Positions 8,379 through 15,442 of a stretch of DNA of 32,000 nucleotides are shown piece after piece. The stretch covers positions 1,380,001-1,412,000 of the forward strand of contig CP006868.1 of NCBI GenBank assembly GCA_025340205.1, written 5' to 3'. The notes beneath the pieces were generated by a model. That model was not told the DNA's origin. It ran no database searches and worked only from the letters and a program-made list of their open reading frames with translations. Every line of letters starts with the position of its first letter. Position 1 is the stretch's first letter. The stretch comes from Ignicoccus pacificus DSM 13166. Lineage in GTDB: Archaea; Thermoproteota; Thermoprotei_A; Sulfolobales; Ignicoccaceae. Made by a program: the position numbers and the translations under genes.

Positions 8379-9104
8379 TTACTGGGAATAGGCCTTGGCT
8401 ATCTGGCGGAAGGCGTTGAGTATTATTACCAGACCTATGATCTTCACCGCCACGTCGTAGGCCAGAGGTATCATCATAGTACCCTTCCTGAGCGCTGCGG
8501 AGGTGCTGTGGACGTTGGAGAGCGCTAGGTGGCTGACCACGGCTATTGCAGCGGTACCGTAAATGGCGATTCCGACCGCTATCATGAGGGCAGTCTTGTC
8601 GCCGGTCTCCTTGTAGACGTCGTAGAGTAAGTAGGCCACTCCGAAGGGCACTAGGGTCTGGAAGAGTATGTGAGGCAAGTAGAAGAATATCGGTATGGTC
8701 AAGTTACCCAGGGCCTTCTGGATCCCTTCAATGGCCGGTCCTCCGAGGCCTCCGAGCACTAGCATCGCTCCAAAGGCGTAGTAGGCTCCTAGGATCAGCG
8801 CTATCTGCAGAGCCAGCTTCTTGTGGGGGTGGTCGACGGCCTCGAGTATGGAGTAGAGGACTAGGAGCAGTCCTATGAAGCTGAAGACCGTTCCTACCCT
8901 GGAACCCATTCCGATGCTCTGACCTAGGAATCCTTGTATTATTACCTTACAGAGAAGCTGGCCTAGGCCCAGTATGATGACTCCTACGGCGAAGGCCTTC
9001 ATCCAGCTTAGGCCGGTTTCAGAGGCCTCCTTGAGGGCCCATATTCCTATGCCCAGCTCCACCAATCCTAGGACGAGTCCGTAAAGCACGATGAGCTCGA
9101 ACAC
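8379..9104 (-). CDS. polytopic membrane protein, function unknown
   Basis: 241 aa with about 7 hydrophobic helices. Several His residues lie near helix ends (VDHPHKK, LPHILF, VSHLALSNVHS). It sits directly upstream of the CxxCH protein on the same strand. Confidence 0.6.
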   Translation of the reverse strand: MFELIVLYGLVLGLVELGIGIWALKEASETGLSWMKAFAVGVIILGLGQLLCKVIIQGFLGQSIGMGSRVGTVFSFIGLLLVLYSILEAVDHPHKKLALQIALILGAYYAFGAMLVLGGLGGPAIEGIQKALGNLTIPIFFYLPHILFQTLVPFGVAYLLYDVYKETGDKTALMIAVGIAIYGTAAIAVVSHLALSNVHSTSAALRKGTMMIPLAYDVAVKIIGLVIILNAFRQIAKAYSQ

Positions 9105-9179
9105 TCGCTCTCACCGAGGTAGTGATCAAAAGCAAATCTTTTATTGTTGACTAGATGTATGAAGTGTCGTACTATCAGA

Positions 9180-10193
9180 TTAGCATATTCTCGGAACGAG
9201 CTCTCCTATGGGCTTCTCCAGTATCCTCAAACCTCCCACTGGGGTCTTGGAGATCACGTAGCCGGGCCTTCCCTTCCTCACCTCTCCTATTATCGCAGCC
9301 TCCTCGAAACCGGCCTTCCTCAATACCTCCAAGGCTTCCTCTTCCCTTCCTCCCTTCACTACGAATATCGCTTGACCCTCAGAGGCTAAGGCAAAGGGCT
9401 CGACTCCGAGCATTTCGGCGTACTCCTTCACTTGGGGCCTTAGAGGGACCTTGCTCTCATCTAGGAACACCGTCGTCTTGCTCCTCTCCGCCAGCTCGTT
9501 CAAAGCCATAGCTAATCCTCCTCTCGTCGGATCTTTAGCGGACTTGAGGTCGGGGCCTAGGGCCTCCCTAAGGGCCTTCACGGCCGGCCAGACGGGTCTG
9601 ACATCGCTCTTTAGGGTCTCGACCTTTATTCCGAACTGCAAAGCTAAGATGGTCGCTCCGTGGTCCCCTACCGGGCCTGTTACCAAGATCTTATCTCCCG
9701 GCTCAGCTCTATCTAAGGTCAACAAGGGTTCCTCGGCGATTCCTATTCCGACAGTCGCTATGGTGATCTTATCCAAGCTCCCCTTGGGCATTACCTTCGT
9801 ATCCCCTCCCAACAGAGCAACGTTCATGGAGTTGAGGACGTCTGCCATCGACTTAATTATTTCCTTTAGATCCTTGAGGGGGAAGCCCTCCTCGACCGCT
9901 ATGGCATCAAACATCGCCTTGGGCTCGGCTCCCATGACTGCCACGTCGTTTAGGGAACCGGTGGCGGCGAGCTTCCCTATGTTTCCTCCAGGGAAGAAGG
10001 GAGGATTGACGGTATAGTTATCCACGGAGATCACGACGTGCTTCCCGTCCCCTATGGGGATGGTTGCGCCGTCTTCCATCTCCTCTAACCCAACCCCTCC
10101 TAAGCTCTTCAACTTGAAGAGGGGGAGAATGAACCTCTCCACGAACTCCTCCGTCTCTTTCCCTCCTGCCCCAATAGCGAGAGTGACGCTCAT
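9180..10193 (-). CDS. hypE: hydrogenase expression/formation protein HypE
   Basis: AIR-synthase-like fold motifs are present ('LAIGAGGKETEEFV', 'GGDTKV'). The diagnostic C-terminal 'PRIC' is the last four residues. Confidence 0.9.
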   Translation of the reverse strand: MSVTLAIGAGGKETEEFVERFILPLFKLKSLGGVGLEEMEDGATIPIGDGKHVVISVDNYTVNPPFFPGGNIGKLAATGSLNDVAVMGAEPKAMFDAIAVEEGFPLKDLKEIIKSMADVLNSMNVALLGGDTKVMPKGSLDKITIATVGIGIAEEPLLTLDRAEPGDKILVTGPVGDHGATILALQFGIKVETLKSDVRPVWPAVKALREALGPDLKSAKDPTRGGLAMALNELAERSKTTVFLDESKVPLRPQVKEYAEMLGVEPFALASEGQAIFVVKGGREEEALEVLRKAGFEEAAIIGEVRKGRPGYVISKTPVGGLRILEKPIGELVPRIC

Positions 10194-10228
10194 ACAATCG
10201 CCTTTTCCTAGGCTTAAGTGAGCAAAAA

Positions 10229-11242
10229 TTACCTTTTCCTGCTCAGCCGGTCAGACTTCCTGTAGAGGAAGTACGCTAGGGGCAAGATCATGGGAATAGG
10301 GGTTATAGGAGCTCCAGCCTCGTTGGACGTCATTAGGGTAGTTATTGTTTTGAGCTCGGTCGTATTCAAGTAGTAGAAGTACAGAGTTCCATCACCAAAT
10401 CCGATAGCTAAGCCTAGGTTCCATCCAACGGACTTTATGGTCAGAGGGTAGGTGACTTGGTATAGTAACTTTCCGTCGACGTTGAGCAAGCTGAGCTTTG
10501 TAGATGCACCAACTACCAGGTAAGAACAGTTGCCCAAGAACACCACTTGTCCGTAGCTCCCTAGGTCGTTCCTTATCCAGAGCAAGGTTGGAGAGGAGCT
10601 TAGGTCGTAGAGGTAGAGCCCTCCTACCGCCTTTACCGCCAAGTACTCCCCACAAGCAGCCACGCTCCAAGGCATCTCCGGGAGCTGTATTGGTGTACCT
10701 ATCTTCTTTCCATTCAAGTCTAATATCACTACGCTAGAGCTTATCGAATCTGGTACGAATATTGCCGTTCCGTTGAAGGCCGGATTGCTCAAAACGTTAA
10801 GCCCCGTCACGTTCCACTCCGCTTGTCCTTGGTAGTTGAACATCGCACAGCCGTTGTAGCAAGCCACAAATCCTCCGGGAACTAGTACTATTCCATAGCT
10901 GTAGTCGGTGCCTATGTAAACGCTGCTGTAATTCAGTGTGGTTTCATTGAGCAAGTAGACGTAGCCGTCATAGCTCAGCAAAGCAAAGGTCCCGTTCGCA
11001 TAACTGGTGGAGGAGGCTCCTCCAGGAGGACAAATTGTGTTCAGCAACTTCCCATCCGTCTTATTCAATATATAGAAGCACCCCGAGGAGTAGGAGGAGG
11101 GGGAGGAGGAAGCGACCACCGTGAGGTTTCCAACGCTCACGGAGTTAATGGAATAGGAAGAGGGTGTCAAGTACTGCCACAGCTGCTGCAAAGGGGAAGC
11201 GATCGCTATCGCCACGAGCGCCAGTAATACCAGTATCCTCAA
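10229..11242 (-). CDS. secreted repeat (beta-propeller-like) glycoprotein with C-terminal sorting-signal-like tail
   Basis: Has a signal peptide (MRILVLLALVAIAIASP). Tyr/Gly/Ser-rich beta-strand repeats include 'YDGYVYLL' and 'GGLYLYDL'. Multiple N-x-S/T sequons. The tail is '...LMTSNEAGAPITPIPMILPLAYFLYRKSDRLSRKR'. Confidence 0.6.
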   Translation of the reverse strand: MRILVLLALVAIAIASPLQQLWQYLTPSSYSINSVSVGNLTVVASSSPSSYSSGCFYILNKTDGKLLNTICPPGGASSTSYANGTFALLSYDGYVYLLNETTLNYSSVYIGTDYSYGIVLVPGGFVACYNGCAMFNYQGQAEWNVTGLNVLSNPAFNGTAIFVPDSISSSVVILDLNGKKIGTPIQLPEMPWSVAACGEYLAVKAVGGLYLYDLSSSPTLLWIRNDLGSYGQVVFLGNCSYLVVGASTKLSLLNVDGKLLYQVTYPLTIKSVGWNLGLAIGFGDGTLYFYYLNTTELKTITTLMTSNEAGAPITPIPMILPLAYFLYRKSDRLSRKR

Positions 11243-11287
11243 CGCACTTCCCTATGGGATGAGGAGCGAGGGGTAATGAATGAGAGT

Positions 11288-12763
11288 CTACTGGAAGTGT
11301 CTCCTCCAAGCCTCATAGCTTTCCCTTCCGAGCCTCAAGACCTCTTCCTCGTTGCTTATCGAATACCTGAGCCACTTCGGCTCCCACTCAGGCCTCCAGT
11401 TCTCCATTTTCTTAATATTAATCACCTTTGACAGAACCTCCATCTGCTTCTCGGGTGGAAGCGAAGGATCTAAGTACCTCATTATCGGCTTCTCACTTAA
11501 GCCAATTATCGCTTGGAGCCTCGCCCACCTTATGGGATAAAGGTCCACCTCTCCTAGATCCTTGTACTTGATCATTATCTTTTCCATATCCTTTGAGGGT
11601 ATGGGAGCTATCTGAAGAGGGGTCCAAGGCTTGGGGATCAAGGGATTGACGCTTACGTGGACCTTCCCTTTAATTGCCTCCTTCAAGTTCCCTATCTCCC
11701 TCTCGCTCATCTCTCCCTTCTCCTTCGGAACGACCATCATATACATCTTTGGTTTTAATTTATATTTGTAAATTATCTCTAACTTTTCTTTCAAGAACTC
11801 CGGAGGGAACCCCTTCCCCAAGACCTCAGCCTTCTCCTTCAATGTAGTCTCTGGAGCTATAGTTAAGGTCCTCTGACCCATCCTCTTTACAGCTTTCACC
11901 AGATCCTCGTCGACGCCCTCCAACCTTATGCTCGGAATAGACCCTTGAAGCTTGTGAGTGCTCAAGACCTTCAAGTACTCCTTATGATATTTGTAATCGC
12001 TCAAACTCAACGAGATAGTTATTATTTTCTCAAAAGGCGGACCGGCGGAATCCAAGGCCTCCTTAACCTGATCGAGCTTCCTCTGACGGAAGGGCTTGCT
12101 CGTCCAGCCCTCCAAACAGAAGCGGCACTTGTGAGGACAGCCTCTGGTCACTTCAACCAAGAAGCCCTTACCCCAAGGAGGCTCTATCGAGATGGGAAGG
12201 AACTGCTGAGCGAGCATCGGGGACTCTTCTAGCTCCGCCTCAGCCTTCCTTCCCTCCCTCTCCTCGTTCACCAACCACTCCTCCTCTAAACAATCGACGC
12301 AGTCGTAATGAATCGCCTCCGCGAGCTTCGGTATCGTGGGCTCGGCGTCCCCAAGTATTACGAAGTCGATCATGTCGAGGACTGGGAGGGGGTTGGCCGT
12401 AACCGCTAGCCCGCCCGCCATAACCACTTGTCCTTCAGAACCATATTCCCTTAGCATCTGAGCGAGGTAGGCATAGTCCAATTCAAAGGATAACGATGCT
12501 ATTACGTATTTGAACCTCTTTAGGGGAGTTCCGCTCTCCAGGCTCCTTCCACACGAATCGCTTGTGAATCTCTCAACCCTTATTCCTTGGCTAACTAACA
12601 AAGCGTATACTAGCTGAAAGCCCAGGCTCTGAGAGGCTACGGAGTAGGGAGCCGGGTATACCAAGGCTACGGAAGGACCTCTCCTGGAGAGGAACCTCAT
12701 TATCGGGTTGTACTCTACCACCTTCTTATCGCAAAGTCTTATCCTAACCAAATCTCTCTTCAT
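11288..12763 (-). CDS. radical SAM protein with N-terminal B12-binding-like domain
   Basis: The 'VEVTRGCPHKCRFCLEG' CxxxCxxC cluster motif is present. The N-terminal 'VALVYPAPYSVASQSLGFQLVYALL' resembles the TIGR03960-type uncharacterised rSAM family. Confidence 0.8.
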   Translation of the reverse strand: MKRDLVRIRLCDKKVVEYNPIMRFLSRRGPSVALVYPAPYSVASQSLGFQLVYALLVSQGIRVERFTSDSCGRSLESGTPLKRFKYVIASLSFELDYAYLAQMLREYGSEGQVVMAGGLAVTANPLPVLDMIDFVILGDAEPTIPKLAEAIHYDCVDCLEEEWLVNEEREGRKAEAELEESPMLAQQFLPISIEPPWGKGFLVEVTRGCPHKCRFCLEGWTSKPFRQRKLDQVKEALDSAGPPFEKIITISLSLSDYKYHKEYLKVLSTHKLQGSIPSIRLEGVDEDLVKAVKRMGQRTLTIAPETTLKEKAEVLGKGFPPEFLKEKLEIIYKYKLKPKMYMMVVPKEKGEMSEREIGNLKEAIKGKVHVSVNPLIPKPWTPLQIAPIPSKDMEKIMIKYKDLGEVDLYPIRWARLQAIIGLSEKPIMRYLDPSLPPEKQMEVLSKVINIKKMENWRPEWEPKWLRYSISNEEEVLRLGRESYEAWRRHFQ

Positions 12764-13500
12764 TCCGTCTCACCGAGGAGGGATTCGAGGATCTTGGAGA
12801 GGGCTACGGAAGCCTTCTCCCTTATCACTACATCAGCGAAGGGGGTCAAGGCGGTCTCATCCGGATTTATTTCGATGATGTAACCCCCGTTCTCTTTCGT
12901 TAATAAGGGAAGGCTCCCGGCTGGCTGAACCACAGCTGACGTTCCTATAACCAGAGCTACTTTCGCACTTGAGAACAACTCCTCGGCTTTAATTAAAGCT
13001 TCCATGGGTAAGGGCTCCCCAAACCACACCACGGCGGGCCTCATAGGAGAGCAGCACAAGGGACACTTGGGTACCCCCTTGGGGACCTCCTTCCACTTTA
13101 CCTCGAAGCCGCATCTAGTGCACTTAGCAGTCATTATGTCTCCATGGAGCTTTACTAAGCACTTGGTACAAGCCCTCTCGTGCAAGTCATCTACGTTTTG
13201 AGTTACCACGCATCTCAAGTAACCTAACCTTTCCATTTCCGCCAAGGCTAAGTGAGCTGGGTTGGGATCGGCTTTCTTTATCAAGCTTATTCTCCATTCA
13301 TACCATTCCCAGACGAGCTCCGGATCCCTCTCGAAGGCCTCCGGCGTGGCCAGCTCTTGGGGCGAGTACTTCCTCCAAAGGCCGTCCTTCCCTCTGAACG
13401 TGGGGATTCCCGAGTCGGCGCTTATCCCGGCTCCGGTAAGCGCCACGGCGTTGCCCTCACTTTTCTTAATGAGCCTCGCCACCTCCTCGTAAACTCCCAT
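12760..13500 (-). CDS. cobB: NAD-dependent protein deacylase (Sir2/sirtuin, CobB type)
   Basis: 'GAGISADSGIPTFRG', 'VTQNVDDLH' and the catalytic His in 'KLHGD' are present. A Zn ribbon (CTRC...CPLC) and 'GTSAVVQPA' complete the pattern. The stop overlaps the rSAM start as ATGA. Confidence 0.9.
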   Translation of the reverse strand: MGVYEEVARLIKKSEGNAVALTGAGISADSGIPTFRGKDGLWRKYSPQELATPEAFERDPELVWEWYEWRISLIKKADPNPAHLALAEMERLGYLRCVVTQNVDDLHERACTKCLVKLHGDIMTAKCTRCGFEVKWKEVPKGVPKCPLCCSPMRPAVVWFGEPLPMEALIKAEELFSSAKVALVIGTSAVVQPAGSLPLLTKENGGYIIEINPDETALTPFADVVIREKASVALSKILESLLGETE

Positions 13501-13624
13501 GCTCCCACCTTCCCTAACTAGAGATTCGACACTTGTCTAAGGGGGTTTCGTACACACACCCTTAAACTTCTGTTACACTAGAGTGTCGGGGTCTTAAGAT
13601 GGCGGTAACTCTGGTAGTCTGCAC

Positions 13625-13636
13625 TCAGGAGGAGTT
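13625..13636 (+). repeat. direct repeat copy 1 (TCAGGAGGAGTT)
   Basis: Exact 12-mer, repeated at 13777-13788. Both copies lie inside an ORF-free region. Confidence 0.9.
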
Positions 13637-13776
13637 CCAGGTTCCCGAGAGCGTCGAGCTCGACTTTTATCTAACTGAGGCTGCCCTCACCGGAAGGTGA
13701 TTTTTGGCTCAGAACCCGTGGACTCCTCATCTCCCTTTCGGGCCCCATAGGGGTCCTCATCGCCGTCCTTCACTTT

Positions 13777-13788
13777 TCAGGAGGAGTT
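13777..13788 (+). repeat. direct repeat copy 2 (TCAGGAGGAGTT), followed by a T-run
   Basis: Exact 12-mer identical to 13625-13636. Its GAGGAGT core is complementary to ACTCCTC at 13722-13728. Confidence 0.9.
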
Positions 13789-13830
13789 TTTCTATGCACC
13801 CTCTCGCCTACATCAGTGCACATGTTCTTC

Positions 13831-13840
13831 AATATATATA
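13831..13840 (+). promoter_or_regulatory. TATA box (AATATATATA)
   Basis: Centred about 26 nt upstream of the GTG at 13862, which is textbook leaderless geometry. The box is palindromic, so it could also fire toward the minus strand. Confidence 0.5.
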
Positions 13841-13861
13841 CTAGCTTCTACGAGAGCTAGA

Positions 13862-14155
13862 GTGGTGAAAAGCGTGAAGAGGGTAAGGATAAGGTTTACG
13901 AAGGCTAAGTGGCCTTCCAAGGCATTTGCTGAAATAATGAATGCCGTCGCCGAGCAATTCCCTGACTCCGAGGTGCTCTTGGTGAGAGCTGGCCAGAGCA
14001 TTCCTATATTAGATATAAACGTCTACGTGGAAGACCTAAGCGACAATCAGCTTAAGGAACTGGAGAAGAGGATTCTCAATATATTGACAGACCACGATAT
14101 AAGTCACGTTATCTATAAGAAGATGAAAGTGTTTGATGTAGAGGAGGAAAGTTAA
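13862..14155 (+). CDS. hypothetical small protein
   Basis: 97-aa ORF with good TATA geometry and coding-like Lys/Glu/Ile composition. No family recognised. Confidence 0.55.
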   Translation: MVKSVKRVRIRFTKAKWPSKAFAEIMNAVAEQFPDSEVLLVRAGQSIPILDINVYVEDLSDNQLKELEKRILNILTDHDISHVIYKKMKVFDVEEES

Positions 14156-14229
14156 ATTCTTTCCTTTAACACCGTGACTGAGATGCTTAAATACCTCAAT
14201 TCATATCTTGACAGCTTGGGGCCAGAAGG

Positions 14230-14760
14230 ATGAGCAGCACTACTAACTCTCAAGTGACCTTGAGCGAGCTCGAGAAGAAGGCGCTCAAGCTCATAATTGA
14301 GGCCGGAGAGGAGGGACTGCTCCAACAAGACCTCTGGAAGATGCTGGGAATAGACAGCAGAGACGGTTCCAGGATAGCTCTGAGGTTAGCCAAGAAGAGG
14401 TTGATCTACAGAGAGCTAGTCAACATAAGGGGAAGGAAGACCTACCGCTTAACCGCTCTGGTGGACAAGCTACCGGAAGAGGAGAAGGAGGAGGAAGAGA
14501 AGAAGACCGAGGAGGAGAAGGAAGTAAAGTACGTGAGGAAGGCGCCGAGACCTATAAGGCTGGACGTGAAGGTGAGCATGAAGCTCGTCAGCACAATACC
14601 GTGCACCACTTGCCCTCATCTAGACAAGTGCGCCGAGGGTCAGTTCTACGACCCTACCAAGTGTATGAAGCTGACCCAATGGCTGCACAAGATGGCCATC
14701 AAATTACAACAAAAGAGGCTTGCCAAGAGAGAGCTTCAAGCAGCCTCTTCGGTGGCTTAG
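14230..14760 (+). CDS. winged-helix protein with C-terminal Cys cluster, TFE-beta / RNA polymerase III RPC34-like
   Basis: The N-terminal wHTH-like segment is 'LSELEKKALKLIIEAGEEGLLQQDLWKMLGIDSRDGSRIALRLAKKRLIYRE'. An acidic/Lys linker follows. The C-terminal 'PCTTCPHLDKCAEGQFYDPTKCMKLTQWL' gives C-x2-C-x5-C-x10-C, like the Fe-S domain of RPC34/TFE-beta. Confidence 0.6.
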   Translation: MSSTTNSQVTLSELEKKALKLIIEAGEEGLLQQDLWKMLGIDSRDGSRIALRLAKKRLIYRELVNIRGRKTYRLTALVDKLPEEEKEEEEKKTEEEKEVKYVRKAPRPIRLDVKVSMKLVSTIPCTTCPHLDKCAEGQFYDPTKCMKLTQWLHKMAIKLQQKRLAKRELQAASSVA

Positions 14761-15391
14761 GTATTTCTCCAAGGTGGTAGTGCAGCTCATAACCGCATTT
14801 TCTACACCGAGGTCCGTCCCACGCCACCAGCCTCCCCATTTCCCTTATCGCGTTGGGAGTGTTGCACTTGGGACACCTCGTGTCCTCCCTCAAGGGATAG
14901 GTATGGTTGTAGACGTAATGGAACTTCTTGCTCAACCTCTCGTACAAATGATAATCGAAGACGTGTATGGGGACCTCCGGCGAGAGGTCCTCCGGAAGCT
15001 GGGATTCCTCCCTTATGACCAGCTCCACGTGTCTTCCTTCAGGGATCTCGGCCTTCTCCTTTGGAACCAATAGCATCGCTACCTCCTCGGGAAGGTCTAT
15101 GGGTTCCACGTACCGAACGCTCACGTAGAAGCCCTTCTTGACGAGCTCTTCCGCCACTTCATAGTCCAAGGGACCGTCGAAGACCACGTGTTTTACCTTG
15201 TAAACGTCGCATTTATACATTATCTCGTCCAATGATATTAATCTCCCGCTGCCTCCCAGGAACTCCACCGGGCCCTCCGGAGGGTTCCAAGAGAGGCCCA
15301 CGTGGAGGACTACGCTCCCGGGGAGGAAGTGGTATAGGTAAAGCCGCTCGACGAACGTTAGCGTTCCAGCTACTACTCTTATAGACGTCAT
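14699..15391 (-). CDS. hypothetical protein with C-terminal zinc ribbon
   Basis: 230 aa with 'CPKC...x18...CRKC' near the C-terminus. Divergent from rrp4 across a 51-bp gap. Its 3' end overlaps the convergent upstream gene by 62 nt. Confidence 0.6.
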   Translation of the reverse strand: MTSIRVVAGTLTFVERLYLYHFLPGSVVLHVGLSWNPPEGPVEFLGGSGRLISLDEIMYKCDVYKVKHVVFDGPLDYEVAEELVKKGFYVSVRYVEPIDLPEEVAMLLVPKEKAEIPEGRHVELVIREESQLPEDLSPEVPIHVFDYHLYERLSKKFHYVYNHTYPLREDTRCPKCNTPNAIREMGRLVAWDGPRCRKCGYELHYHLGEIPKPPKRLLEALSWQASFVVI

Positions 15392-15442
15392 CCCTCTCCC
15401 TATTAAAATACTGACTTCCGGTCTTTTGAAGCGGGTAGGAGT

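Noticed and set aside
9131-9180. Possible C/D box sRNA (GTGATCA ... ATGTATGA ... CAGA) in the hypE/membrane-protein gap
   Set aside because: All boxes deviate from RUGAUGA/CUGA and there is no terminal stem. The AT-rich segment is better explained as the promoter (AATAAAAG on the minus strand) of the 8379-9104 gene.
12760-13500. Sir2 domain as an anti-phage defence effector (Thoeris/DSR/SIR2-HerA-like)
   Set aside because: This is a short stand-alone canonical sirtuin with an intact Zn ribbon and deacylase motifs. There is no fused or adjacent defence partner (TIR, HerA, pAgo, SLOG). A housekeeping CobB-type enzyme is the simpler reading.
13680-13705. SRP (7S) RNA helix 8, suggested by the CACC-GGAA-GGTG tetraloop hairpin
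   Set aside because: The flanks lack the conserved asymmetric and symmetric loop sequences (AGCA / GGAAG...) and the Alu-domain motifs. The region is also short of a plausible long extended helix.
13813-14001. 62-aa minus-strand ORF across the 13831 TATA box
   Set aside because: It is antisense to the better-supported 13862-14155 gene and spans its promoter. It has no upstream signals of its own.
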